A stretch of 64,000 bases of DNA from an uncultured Acidobacteriota bacterium (GCA_963700315.1 CAVOXC010000006.1:58546-122545); one strand, 5' to 3'. Positions 1-10,816 are shown, counted from the stretch's first letter. The notes: generated from the letters alone by a model not told the origin. Translations and numbers: made by a program.

Positions 1-318
1 CGCCTTCCGACGGACACCAGCTCGCCCGACCTGTTCGCTTACTGGTACCTCGAAGCGAAGCTGGCGCGCGGAACCGATCCCGCGGAGATCCTCGACACCG
101 TCGCGATCGAATCCCAACGGCGCAAAGACATCGGGCCGCTGCTCGACTCCGTGCGCTCGGAAGCGCTTTGGCGACTCGGCAGGCTCGACGAGGCGAGGGA
201 AGCCGCCCGCCGCGCGCTCTCCGACCTCGACCGCGGCCTGCCGCAGCAGCTCTCCTGGCGCGTCCACCGTCCGATCCTCGCCGAGCGGTTGGCGCGAATC
301 GGGAGTCGCCAAGGCTGA
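1..318 (+). CDS. 3' end of a helical-repeat (TPR-like) protein gene; 5' end outside the window
   Basis: Frame 1 is open from the window edge to TGA at 316-318 (no start in window, so absent from the ORF track). Translation ends ...EALWRLGRLDEAREAARRALSDLDRGLPQQLSWRVHRPILAERLARIGSRQG. Family not recognised. Confidence 0.4.
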   Translation, partial: RLPTDTSSPDLFAYWYLEAKLARGTDPAEILDTVAIESQRRKDIGPLLDSVRSEALWRLGRLDEAREAARRALSDLDRGLPQQLSWRVHRPILAERLARIGSRQG

Positions 319-353
319 GTCCGACTACCGCGCCTCACCGCCCGAGCCCCCCG

Positions 354-638
354 TCAACGGTCGATCTCGTGCAGCCTTCCCGCGGCGTACTTGTGGATCA
401 CGCTCGAGATCAGCGTCTGGTACGGAAGGCCCTCGACGAGCGCCCGCTTCTTGATCGCGTCGAGGTCACGCGAAGAGATCCGCAGGTTGACGCGCCGATC
501 CTTGCGCAGCGTCGCGGCCGCCGCCTGCTCCAGGCGCGCCCGCTCCGCCCGCGAGGCTCCGGCGGAGCGCCACTCGCCTCGTTCGAACGACTCGAGCAGC
601 GCCGCTTCTTCCGGCTCTGGAGCCTTTCTCTTGCTCAT
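354..638 (-). CDS. brnA: BrnA-like antitoxin (ribbon-helix-helix type)
   Basis: Internal ATG at 638 of ORF 354..992 gives 94 aa: MSKRKAPEPEEAALLESFERGEW...RRVNLRISSRDLDAIKKRALVEGLPYQTLISSVIHKYAAGRL. ATGA overlap with the upstream toxin stop. Confidence 0.7.
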   Translation of the reverse strand: MSKRKAPEPEEAALLESFERGEWRSAGASRAERARLEQAAAATLRKDRRVNLRISSRDLDAIKKRALVEGLPYQTLISSVIHKYAAGRLHEIDR

Positions 639-952
639 GGCGGCTTGCCTCCTTCTCCGAGGTAGTCCCGGGTCGCCTTCCGGCTCGGGATGATCGTCTT
701 CAGATAGATCTCGCCCGCGGACTCGACGTACGGCACGAGGTACGCATAGTCGCCGACCCGAACCACGAAGATCCGCTGCTGGCCGAAGCGCTCCGGCTGG
801 GGCTGCTCGAGCCGGTCGAGAAGATCGCCCTTCTCGATGTGAAAGACGATCTCCTCGAAGCCGATGCCCCTCTCGCGCTGGAGTCGGAGGTTCTTCTCCT
901 CGCTCCAGCCGAACCGTTTCGCCACCGCCGGAGGATAACACGATGTGTGCAT
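635..952 (-). CDS. brnT: BrnT-like toxin (DUF497 family)
   Basis: ATG at 952 within ORF 635..1015. FGWSEEKNLRLQRERGIGFEEIVF...IYLKTIIPSRKATRDY matches the W..KN...RGI.FEE and C-terminal S.RKAT pattern of BrnT. Toxin-first gene order as in BrnTA. Confidence 0.7.
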   Translation of the reverse strand: MHTSCYPPAVAKRFGWSEEKNLRLQRERGIGFEEIVFHIEKGDLLDRLEQPQPERFGQQRIFVVRVGDYAYLVPYVESAGEIYLKTIIPSRKATRDYLGEGGKPP

Positions 953-1030
953 GTTCAGCACACAGACACGCTGACACGAAACGCGGCGACAAGCTCCCGC
1001 GCCGCTCGACCGCACCGCCGATGTGGTCTC

Positions 1031-1265
1031 GAGCGCACCGCAGCCGTCATCCCGAGCGCACCGCCAATGTCGTCCTCAGCACGCCACCACTGTCGTCCTG
1101 AGCGCACCGCCACTGTCGTCCTGAGCACGCCACCGCTGTCGTCCTGAGCGAAGCGAAGGACCTTGCGTGACGATCGAGGAACCGCTGTCGACGCTTCTTC
1201 AGCCGGCGGCGCAAGATCCTTCACTTCGTTCAGGATGACCTCGCTCGGGGGGCGTTCAAGGTGAC
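1031..1265. repeat. Composite palindromic repeat, copy 1
   Basis: Five tandem 23-nt units (about GAGCRCRCCRCCNNTGTCGTCCT), then a 102-nt core at 1138-1239. The core is a 30-nt imperfect inverted repeat, GTCGTCCTGAGCGAAGCGAAGGACCTTGCG / CGCAAGATCCTTCACTTCGTTCAGGATGAC, around a ~42-nt loop. The same core occurs at 2228-2329 and 24856-24957. Confidence 0.85.
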
Positions 1266-1277
1266 AGCGGGAGTCGC

Positions 1278-1412
1278 GACGAGGAGGCCCGGCGCCTCGC
1301 CCGCCAGGCTCTCGTCAACCTCGACCGCGGTCTCCCCCACGAGATCGAGTGGCGGGCGCACCGGAAGCTGGTGGCGGAGCGAGCGGCGCGGATCGGCAAA
1401 GCAACGCGCTGA
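1278..1412 (+). pseudogene. Orphan 3' fragment paralogous to the gene ending at 318
   Basis: DEEARRLARQALVNLDRGLPHEIEWRAHRKLVAERAARIGKATR* aligns residue-for-residue with DEAREAARRALSDLDRGLPQQLSWRVHRPILAERLARIGSRQG* (196-318). No start codon or upstream coding context; it begins at the repeat edge. Confidence 0.5.
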
Positions 1413-1433
1413 GCCCCTCCACGCCGAGATGTC

Positions 1434-1468
1434 TTGACATCGAACGTACGTCTTGAGTAACGTACGTA
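1434..1468 (+). promoter_or_regulatory. Candidate promoter/operator of the phd-vapC module
   Basis: TTGACA at 1434-1439. Two copies of AACGTACGT (containing the self-complementary ACGTACGT) at 1443-1451 and 1460-1468, just upstream of the ATG at 1473. Confidence 0.4.
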
Positions 1469-1472
1469 CGCC

Positions 1473-1715
1473 ATGAGCGACCCCATCTCCCCAACCGAGC
1501 TCCGAAGCACGATCTACCGGGTCCTCGACGAGATCGCCGCGACCGGCGAGCCCCGCGAGATCGTGCGGGGCGACCGGCGCTTCCTGATCCTGCCGCTCGG
1601 CCCGACGCTCGCGCGGGACCTCTGGGACCGGCCAAAACGGTCGGCGCTCGTCGACATCAGCGCCGACGAGCTGGTCGCGACCCGCTGGGACTACGAGCCG
1701 GACCCGGCGGTGTGA
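1473..1715 (+). CDS. Phd/YefM-like antitoxin
   Basis: 80 aa. PTELRSTIYRVLDEIAATGEPREIVRGDRRFLILP resembles the Phd/YefM N-terminal pattern. Stop overlaps the GTG start of the PIN gene (GTGA). Confidence 0.6.
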   Translation: MSDPISPTELRSTIYRVLDEIAATGEPREIVRGDRRFLILPLGPTLARDLWDRPKRSALVDISADELVATRWDYEPDPAV

Positions 1716-2089
1716 AGGCATTCCTCGACACCCACGCGGTCGTTTTCCTCTGGGAAGCGGAGCGCGACCGCTTCGGTCCCGCGGGGATCGAGCTGCTCGA
1801 CCGCTCCGCGCTCTTCATCTCCCCGATCGTCCGGCTCGAGCTCGCGCTGCTCCACGAGATCGGCAAGATCGCGCCCCAGGCCGGCGAGATTCTGGGCACC
1901 CTCACGAGCGAGGTCGGCCTCACGGAATCGGACGACCGGCTCGCGGAGATCATCCGCGAATCGGTGCGCCTGACCTGGACCCGCGACCCGTTCGACCGGG
2001 TGATCGTCGCCACCGCGGCCCTCCACCGTTCCCCCCTCGTCACCCGCGACGACCGAATCCGGCGCCACTTCCCCGGCGCCGTCTGGTAG
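1712..2089 (+). CDS. vapC: VapC-type PIN-domain toxin
   Basis: 125 aa. Starts MKAFLDTHAVVFL (first acidic PIN residue) and ends ...TRDPFDRVIVATAALHRSPLVTRDDRIRR (typical PIN C-terminal D..I.ATA...LvT.D motif). Confidence 0.75.
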   Translation: MKAFLDTHAVVFLWEAERDRFGPAGIELLDRSALFISPIVRLELALLHEIGKIAPQAGEILGTLTSEVGLTESDDRLAEIIRESVRLTWTRDPFDRVIVATAALHRSPLVTRDDRIRRHFPGAVW

Positions 2090-2159
2090 GCCCCTGTCCC
2101 GCCGCCGCTGCCGCCCCAACCCGCCGCCGTCTGGTTGGCCCCTCATCCCGCCGCCGATG

Positions 2160-2500
2160 CTGCCCTGAGCACGCCGCCACCGTCGTCGTCAGCACGCCGC
2201 CCCTGTCGTCCTGAGCACGCCACCAATGTCGTCCTGAGCGAAGCGAAGGACCTTGCGTGCCGATCGAGGAACCGCTGTCGACGCATCTTCAGCCGACGGC
2301 GCAAGATCCTTCACTTCGTTCAGGATGACAACGGAGAGAAGGTTCAGGGTGACATCGGAGAGAAGGTTCAAGGCGACATCGGAGAAAAAGCTCAGGGTGA
2401 CAGCGGGAGAGCTCAAGATGACATCGAGGTGCGTTCAGGGTGACATCGACCTGTCGTCCTGAGCGCAGCGAAGGACCTTGCGCGGCGATCGAGAAACCGC
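2160..2500. repeat. Composite palindromic repeat, copy 2 (plus an extra left half-copy)
   Basis: Left tandem 23-mers; core at 2228-2329; five right-hand tandem ~24-nt units (ATCGGAGAGAAGGTTCAGGGTGAC-like) at 2330-2450. A further left arm, TGTCGTCCTGAGCGCAGCGAAGGACCTTGCG, starts at 2452. Confidence 0.85.
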
Positions 2501-2519
2501 GGCGCGCGAGCCGCGTGTC

Positions 2520-2768
2520 GCTCCTGCCGAGGTCGCCCGCGCCGAGCAAGATCTCGCCCGCCTCTTCGACCGCGTCGAGCTCCTGGAGATCTCGGCCGAG
2601 GTCGCGACCCTCGCGGAGCGCGCCGCCCCCGGCTCGTCGCTCCGCACCCTCGACGCCATCCACCTCGCCACCTGGCAGCTCGCCCGCGGCTTCGAGCCCG
2701 ATCTCGAGCTCCTGACCTCCGACCTCCGCCTCGCCGCCGCCGCCGGCGTCGACCCGGCGCTCGACTGA
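2520..2768 (+). pseudogene. 5'-truncated PIN-domain (VapC-like) gene remnant
   Basis: C-terminal PIN pattern only: ...VELLEISAEVATLAERAAPGSSLRTLDAIHLATWQLARGFEPDLELLTSDLRLAAAAGVDP. The N-terminal half, including the first acidic residue, is missing; it starts at the repeat edge. Confidence 0.6.
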
Positions 2769-3570
2769 GCGTCGGCCCGCTTCGCTCTCCCGTCCGCTCT
2801 TGCACCCGCGGCCGCTCTAGAGCAAGACTGGCCGCGATGCTCCGCCTCGCCGTCCGCTTCGAGAGCAGCGTCCGCCGCTTCCGGCTTCCGGTCGCCGAGG
2901 TGACTCTCGGCGCTGATTCCGATTGCGAGCTGGTCGCGCCGTTCCCCGGCGTCTCACGCCACCACGCCACCGTCCGCCCGCTCGACGGCGGATTCCTCGT
3001 CAAGGACCTCGACTCGAAGAATGGACTGGTGAGAGACGGCGCGCGGCTCTCCGAGGTGCTTCTGCGCCCCAGGGACACCATCCGCATCGGCCGCGCTCTG
3101 CTCGAGCTCGAAGAGGTCGACTCCTCGGACGCCGCGGTGGCTCTCTCGATCGCCGCCGGCGCGCCCCGCCGCCACCGCAAGGAGAGCGACACCGGCTCTC
3201 TCACGGAGCTGCCAGGAGCCGGCTCGCCGGCCGACGCCCTCGCCCTCATCCGCGAGGTCGAGCGCGCAGGGGACATCGACCCGTCGCGCCCCGACCAAGC
3301 GCGCCACCTGCTGGAGCTGGCGCGAACCGCACTCGAAGCGCCCGCGGTCTGGATCTGGACGGGAAGGAGCGAGGGCGCGCCGCCGATCGTCGCCATTTCC
3401 GGAACGCTACCGGAGGATGAGGAGCTCGATCGCATCGCCCAGTTGGCGGCCAGCGAGGGCGACCCTCGAGCCGAGGAGCGCGGCCAGCACGCCGCTCTCT
3501 TCGCGCCGATCAGACCCGGGCGACCCGGCTTGGCCGCAACCTTGCTTGGCTCGTCCGAGAAGATCCCCGA

Positions 3571-4719
<1,149 letters not shown>

Positions 4720-5084
4720 TGGGTGCGCGGCGAACTGGAACCAGCCCCTCCTAGCAATTCGCGGTCGTTCGCCGCTCTTCAGATCGAGCCACAACCACTC
4801 GTGCGTGTTTGTCCGACCTAGGAGCCTGCGCGGCAGAAACCGGTATGAGGAATCAGATCCTGAGTATCGCTCAGGGTCGACGATCTCGAGGTGAGCAAGG
4901 TCCGGAGATCCCCCAATATCGGGCGAAAAGCATTCTGCCGCGCACGCTCCAAGACGATATGGAGCGACCGGCCCCCCGGTCGTAAGTTCGAGGTGTGAGG
5001 CCTCGAGGTTGCCGGCGCGTGTCCGGCGATTTCGCGGGTTACCACCGAGACGGCGGCAGAGCCGCAGACGACGAGGAGCCGATC

Positions 5085-6017
5085 ATGAGAAACGCTAGCA
5101 CGACGTTCGTCGGGATGGATGTCCACAAGTCGACGGTGACGGTGGCTCGGTTGGCACCGGGAGCGGAGATGCCGGAGTTCTGGGAGCTGATCAACGAGCT
5201 GCGGGCGGTCCGTCGTCTGGCCAAGAAGCTGTTGCGGGAGGCGCCGGGCGAGGTGTCCTGCTGCTACGAAGCGGGGGCGTGCGGGTATGCGTTGCAAAGG
5301 CAGCTGAGAAGGGAAGGGGTGGCGTGCGACGTGGTGGCGCCGTCGCTGGTGCCGCGCAAGCCGGGCGAGCGGATCAAGACCGATCGCCGCGACGCCAGGA
5401 AGCTCGCCGAGTACTGGCGCAGCGGGTCGCTGACGGTGGTCGAGCCACCGAGCCCGGAGCAGGAGGCGGTCCGGGACCTGGTGCGTTGCCGCGAGGACGT
5501 GAAGCAGGATCTGCTGCGCTGGCGACACCGGTTGAGCAAGATGCTCCTGCGTCGGGGCTTGGTGTTTCGCGAGGCCCGGGCCTGGACCGCGCGTCATCGC
5601 GCTTGGCTTCGCGGCCTGCGCTGGGAGCAGCCGAGCGACGAGATCGTCTTCACCGAGTATCTGATGGCGGTCGAGCTGCTCGAGGAGCGGCTGCGAGTGC
5701 TCGACAAGGAGCTCGCCAAGGTGGCGACGAGCGAGCCGTACCGCGAGCGGGCAGGCAGGCTTCGCTGTTTCCGCGGGATCGACACCGTGAGCGCGATGAC
5801 CGTGCTCGCCGAGCTGCACGGAATCGAGCGATTCGACTCGCCGCGACGGCTGATGGCGTTTCTCGGGCTGGTCCCGGCGAACACTCGAGTGGCGAGAGCG
5901 AGCGTCGAGGCGGGATCACCAAGGCCGGCAACTCGCACGTCCGTCGAGCGCTCGTGGCAGCGGCTTGGCACTATCGGCATCGTCCGGGAGGTCACGTCAA
6001 TAGGTGTGTAAACGGCA
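5085..6017 (+). mobile_element. IS110-family transposase gene, frameshifted and 3'-truncated
   Basis: MRNASTTFVGMDVHKST... (DEDD-type N-terminus) and RFDSPRRLMAFLGLVP (Transposase_20-like). The expected continuation, SGESERRGGITKAGNSHVRRALVAAAWH, is in another frame (ORF 5279..6049), implying a frameshift near 5875. The gene abuts the IS256 fragment. Confidence 0.75.
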
Positions 6018-6830
6018 TCAGGCGGCGGCCTCTCGGTCGCTGGTGTTGATCTTCTCGACGACACGCACTCCATCCTGGTACTTGGCGCCCTCGGCGACCT
6101 CCGCGAGCAGCTGCGGATGATCGAGTCTGCGAAACGACCGTTCGGCAACGAGTAGGACGCGCCAGATCAGCGCGGTCGCGTTGGCGACCTTCTTGAAGCG
6201 CTTCGCCGCCGTCGTTCGTAGGCGCACGGCAGCGAAGGGCGACTCGACGATGTTGGTCGTGCGCAGGTGCTTCCAGTGCTCTTTCGGAAAGCCATAGAAG
6301 GTCACCATCCGCTCCCAGTCGGCACCTAGGATTCTCGCCGCGTCGGGGTAGGCCTTGCCAAACTGCCCGATGAAGGCATCTCGCTTCTTCTCGGCTTCTT
6401 CCAGCGTTTCGCAGTAGGGAATCGCGCAGAGCAGCACCCGGGCCTCGGCTTGCCGCTTCTTCGGCAAGCGGTCGAGCACGTTGACGATCTTGTGATTCCA
6501 GCAGCGCTGCTGCTCGACTTCCGGAAAGATCTCACCGAGCGCCGACCAGATCCCGAGGTGACCGTCGGCGACGACGAGCTTCGGCATTCGAAGACCGCGG
6601 GCCTTCAGGCTCCGCACCAAACTCGACCACGACTCTTGCGATTCGCGATACCCAGGCTCGACCGCGAGCAAGACCTTGCGGCCGTCGCGAAGACCGGCGA
6701 TCACCACCAGGAGCGCGGCTTTCTCTTTCTCCAAACCCGCCTTGACGTAAACCCCGTCGGCCCACAAGTACACCGGCTCGATCCCCGTAAGAGGTCGCGT
6801 CCGCTCCAGACAACATCCTCTTATAGGGGT
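6018..6830 (-). mobile_element. IS256/Mutator-family transposase gene fragment (N-terminal third missing)
   Basis: YLWADGVYVK, LVVADGHLG, QRCWNHKIVNVLDRLPKK and TTNIVESPF are motifs of IS256-type DDE transposases. There is no homologous N-terminus. Confidence 0.75.
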
Positions 6831-7261
6831 CTTCATCGCGCCTCCCGGAGGCCGAGAGCGCCAAGCAACTGAGCGCTGCGGTCTTTTCCTTCGCGGTGAC
6901 TGCAAAGAAGGTTGTCGCTAGGGGATTTCCGATCACTCTTGGATCGAACTACGACCGTTGGAAGCAGAGCAAGAGATTCAGCCTATTGATGGCGTATCTC
7001 GCGGCATGTCGGGACGCTGAGAACATTGCTGGCTCTCGCACGAGAAGGACTGGGCACAGACCTTGCGACGCAAAGATCTAGTCTTCGGTGTCTCTCAATG
7101 GGTTCATTGAATGTGCCCCAAGTGGTGACCCCGTGGCCGAGCTACACGGCGGGTGCCCTGGACCTCGTCACAACCGCGGCGCTCTCCAGTGGTCTCCGAT
7201 CGCTGATCGATCTTGGTTCGACCTTGGCGCACTGGGCGACAGACCGGAAGGAGGTGGATCA

Positions 7262-8287
7262 ATGGCATCAAGTAGGGTTTCGAGAGGGGTCGCTGCCGGG
7301 ATGCTCGTCTGCTTTAGCCTTCTGTTGAAGGGCTGCACTCTCACCCTCCTCTTCATCTCATCGATCGTGGAGGACGGGGATGCGGTCACCGTCGTTCTAG
7401 AGGGCGACCCGGATGGACAGGGGGGCGGGGCGTCTCCACAGTTTCTGAAAGCCCATGTGCCAGAGTCATGGAACCTGGCTTCAGCGACGTTCTCGGGCAC
7501 CAGCAACGGCGACCGGATCTATGGGTCGGGAGAAGTGATCCCGAATCCCCCGAGCTGCGATGGTTGCCTCTGCGGCCCACCCGCCGGCTATCAAGAGCTG
7601 CGCATCGCGCCTGAAGCAGGGATCTTCCCTTTCAACGGAACCGACCAAGTTACGATGACCCTTAGGTTCGTAACCGCAGGCGCTGGTTCGCAACAGGTCT
7701 ATTTCAAGCTCTGTCTCAACAACTCTTCAAATGTCATTGAGGCGAGCGTAGACGTACTGCCTGCGGGCACTGGACTGGTCTTCGCCGACAACTTCGAGAG
7801 CGGCACGATCGCGCCGTGGAGCGTTCACCTGGCGATTGACAATGGTGGGTTCGAGTCGGGAGATGCGTTCTGGAACCCCGACTCCATTCAGGGCATCGAT
7901 CCGATAGTCGGACCGGGAGCGACACCGGTGACACCCTACGCAGGCGACTGGCTCGCTCAGCTTGGGACCGTCGACTCCGAAGTAACCTATATTGTGCACG
8001 AGTATCTCCAGCTTCCAGTCTCACCCTATCGGGTGAAATACCGGCGGTGGGTCCAGTCGACCGAAGTTGAGTGTAACCATGACTACTTCGCCATCGACTT
8101 CAACGGCATTCCCGGAGTCGTGCTTCCCCTTTGTGCCGCCACCGAGACCGGGGGATGGGAGGAATCCGAAGCCGATCTCTCTCCCTGGGCTGGGCAGTGG
8201 GTCTTGATCGGCCTCGGAGGCTACACGGACGCTTCGGTGCCGAGTTCCGCTTACGTCGATCAGCTAGAGCTAACCAATACACCATGA
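7262..8287 (+). CDS. Exported hypothetical protein (possible lipoprotein) with jelly-roll/CBM-like C-terminal region
   Basis: Internal ATG at 7262 gives MASSRVSRGVAAGMLVCFSLLLKGC (signal, weak lipobox). DNFESG / GGFESG motifs. Visibly lower GC than the flanks. Confidence 0.5.
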   Translation: MASSRVSRGVAAGMLVCFSLLLKGCTLTLLFISSIVEDGDAVTVVLEGDPDGQGGGASPQFLKAHVPESWNLASATFSGTSNGDRIYGSGEVIPNPPSCDGCLCGPPAGYQELRIAPEAGIFPFNGTDQVTMTLRFVTAGAGSQQVYFKLCLNNSSNVIEASVDVLPAGTGLVFADNFESGTIAPWSVHLAIDNGGFESGDAFWNPDSIQGIDPIVGPGATPVTPYAGDWLAQLGTVDSEVTYIVHEYLQLPVSPYRVKYRRWVQSTEVECNHDYFAIDFNGIPGVVLPLCAATETGGWEESEADLSPWAGQWVLIGLGGYTDASVPSSAYVDQLELTNTP

Positions 8288-8474
8288 GGAATCGCACGCT
8301 CACGGCGTGCGTCCTGCCTCGTCTTCGCCGATGGATTCGAGACCGGCGACCACTCGATTCTGGGCACCCTAGAGATCAGTTTGCAAGCGGCTCGCGCCGT
8401 GTAGCGGGCGCCTTCACTACCATGGGAGGAATGGCGAATGTGGCCTTTGTCGAAATGGGAACGACGCCCGAGCT

Positions 8475-9092
8475 TTGCGAAGCGCCCATGCCTGTGCCGA
8501 GCCCGGCCTGCACTGCATCCTCCTGGGACTTCTCGTGTGCTCATCGTCGAGCCATGCGCAGAACCTGATTCCCAGCGGTGAGTTCGACTCGGATCCCATC
8601 GATGCCGGCTGGTCTGTGAATCCAAACGCGCCCGTCAGTCTCGGGCCCGACTCCGACGAATGTCAATTCTCGTTCTCTTTTCATGTCGGGAGCTTTCCAG
8701 CGGTCCCACCATTTCAGCTCTCCGAGGCCGAGAGCCCCTGCTTCCCAGTCGTCGAGGGCACTCGCCTTTTCACCTCCCTGCGAACCCTCTCTCCGGCAAG
8801 CGGGTCCCTATATCTCGATCTCTCCAGCGACGCCAATTGCGGTAGCTACGTCGACACTATTGGCTTCATCCCATCCGGCTTCTCGGCTTCCGCGAGTTTC
8901 GCTACAACGACCGCACAAAGCACGCTGATTCCTACCGGTCAGGGAATCGTCTCGGCCGCGATCGGCTTCAGCTCCGACTTCGCAGGAGAATTCGAGGTCG
9001 TCGTCGATCGGTGGTACGTCGGCGCTTCAAACCCAATCTATCTGGACGATTTCGAAGCCCAAGAAACCTGCCGCTGGAGCCTCACGCAGTAG
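8475..9092 (+). CDS. Secreted hypothetical protein
   Basis: Signal-like N-terminus ...LHCILLGLLVCSSSSHAQN. C-terminal DDFEAQETCRW resembles the D.FE motif of the preceding gene. Lower GC. Confidence 0.45.
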   Translation: MRSAHACAEPGLHCILLGLLVCSSSSHAQNLIPSGEFDSDPIDAGWSVNPNAPVSLGPDSDECQFSFSFHVGSFPAVPPFQLSEAESPCFPVVEGTRLFTSLRTLSPASGSLYLDLSSDANCGSYVDTIGFIPSGFSASASFATTTAQSTLIPTGQGIVSAAIGFSSDFAGEFEVVVDRWYVGASNPIYLDDFEAQETCRWSLTQ

Positions 9093-9120
9093 TCTCCGTG
9101 GCCTGAGTGGCTCGCCCGAG

Positions 9121-9969
9121 CTAGCGCCGCGTCGCGATCACGAAGTCCTGGTAGGGCGGGGTCTCGGCGCGGTGGCCGCGCCACCAGCCGCGGTGGATGG
9201 CGTCGAGTTGGAGGTCGAGGCGGGCGAGCTGAGCGAGGAGCCAGGGCTCTTCGAAGCCGACCGCGGCTTCGGGATCGGCGGGGTCTGCGATCCAGGTTGG
9301 ACCCTCGTGCGGAGCGAGCTTGGGCTCGGATCGCCGGGCGGCCGACTGGCGCTTGGCGATGTCGTCTATCAAGAAGCACGTGAAGACGCAGCGTCCTCGC
9401 GGGCGCAGGCAGCGCGCCATCTCTTCCCAGTAGCGCAGCGCCGAGCGCTCGAGCAGGTGGGTAAAGAGCGAGGTTGCGAAGGCGAAGTCGAAACAGGCGT
9501 CGTCGTAAGGGAAGCGAAAGGTCTCCGGGTCGATCGTCCCCTGCAGGTTGTACGCGGAGTTGTGAATGTCGACGTGCTGAAAGCGGAAGTGGGGGACGTG
9601 TTGCCCGATGAAGGCGCGGTCCCACTCGATCATCTCGCGCACGATGTCGAACCCCTCGTACCACCCCCGCCGCGACAGGTAACCCTGGAGCTGAAAGGCG
9701 ATCCGCCCGAGGCCGCAGCCGACGTCGAGCACGCGGTGGTGCGGCATGAGCCCGCAGCGCTGAATCAGGAACTCCGTGTTCTCCCGACCCGTCTCCCAGA
9801 AGTTCCCCTCGCCAATCGCGCCGACCAGATGTTGCGGCAGGAACTGCAGCAGGTGCCGCGCCTCCGGATTCGTGACGAAACCGTTACGGTACTGCCAGTG
9901 CCGGCGGTATCCGTTCAACCGATTCCACGGCGCGCGCAGCCAGCGCGCCAGACGCCCCGATCCGGTCGT
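9121..9969 (-). CDS. Class I SAM-dependent methyltransferase
   Basis: Motif I VLDVGCGLGR, then FDFAFATSLFTHL and LRPRGRCVF. Start uncertain (ATGs at 9969, 10008, 10047). Confidence 0.7.
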   Translation of the reverse strand, partial: TTGSGRLARWLRAPWNRLNGYRRHWQYRNGFVTNPEARHLLQFLPQHLVGAIGEGNFWETGRENTEFLIQRCGLMPHHRVLDVGCGLGRIAFQLQGYLSRRGWYEGFDIVREMIEWDRAFIGQHVPHFRFQHVDIHNSAYNLQGTIDPETFRFPYDDACFDFAFATSLFTHLLERSALRYWEEMARCLRPRGRCVFTCFLIDDIAKRQSAARRSEPKLAPHEGPTWIADPADPEAAVGFEEPWLLAQLARLDLQLDAIHRGWWRGHRAETPPYQDFVIATRR

Positions 9970-10220
9970 CATCTCCCCTTTCTCGGATTCCTGTGACTCT
10001 TCGACCATTCCGGACGCGCCTCGAATCCTCAGGTGGGCCGAGACCAATCGTCCCGGAGTCGATAACTCTAAACGACGCGCGAGCCCCTGTCACCGGGAAC
10101 GGCTGCCGAGCGGCGTCCCTTCCTTGCGCTCCCCACTCCCAGGGCGTACTGTGGGCCGGAGCGAACCGCCCTGACTCGGTCGCCCGCGGATCGCGGGGCC
10201 TGGAAGGTGAGGTGACGTCG

Positions 10221-10742
10221 ATGCCTCGTGCGCTGTTGGTCTATCCGGAGTTTCCGCCCTCGTACTGGGGGTTCCGGTATGCGCTCGAGCTGGTGGGGAA
10301 GCGCTCTTCGATGCCGCCGTTGGGTTTGCTCACCGTCGCCGCGATGTTTCCGTCCTCGTGGGAGCTGCGGTTGGTGGACCTCAACGTCCAGCCTCTGCTC
10401 GACGCCGACATCGAGTGGGCCGATCTGGTGCTCACGTCGACCATGGTCGTGCAGCAGCGCTCGTTGCGCGAGGTGCTCACGCGGTGTAACGCCTTGTGCA
10501 AGCCGGTCGCTGTCGGTGGGCCGCATCCGACCTCGTTCGCGTCCGAGATCGTCGGGGCGGATTACTTCCTGCTGGATGAGGTCGAGGAGACCTTCCCGCG
10601 CTTCCTCGCCGACTTCGAGGCGGGGCGGGCGGCGCGCGAGTACCGGCCCGAGTCGAAGCCGGCGGTGACCTCGACGCCGGTGCCGCGGTTCGACCTGCTC
10701 GATCTCTCGGTCTACGGGTCGATGGCGCTCACGCTACTCTGA
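10221..10742 (+). pseudogene. Truncated duplicate of the 5' end (B12-binding domain) of the radical SAM gene at 12305
   Basis: MPRALLVYPEFPPSYWGFRYALELVGKRSSMPPLGLLTVAAMFP... is colinear with 12305-12814 without indels. Homology ends at 10730, just before the CxxxCxxC motif, and a stop follows at 10742. Confidence 0.8.
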
Positions 10743-10816
10743 CGGGAACGGAGACGGCTCGCGGAGCGAGCGGCGCTCGTGGGCGCGCTCGGGTGGGCCG
10801 ACGTCAAACCGCTCGT

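Noticed and set aside
1031-1140. Tandem 23-24-nt units (also 2330-2450 and 24958-25060) considered as a possible CRISPR array.
   Set aside because: The units are contiguous with no unique spacers and are too short. They form the flanks of a palindromic element, and there are no cas genes in the window.
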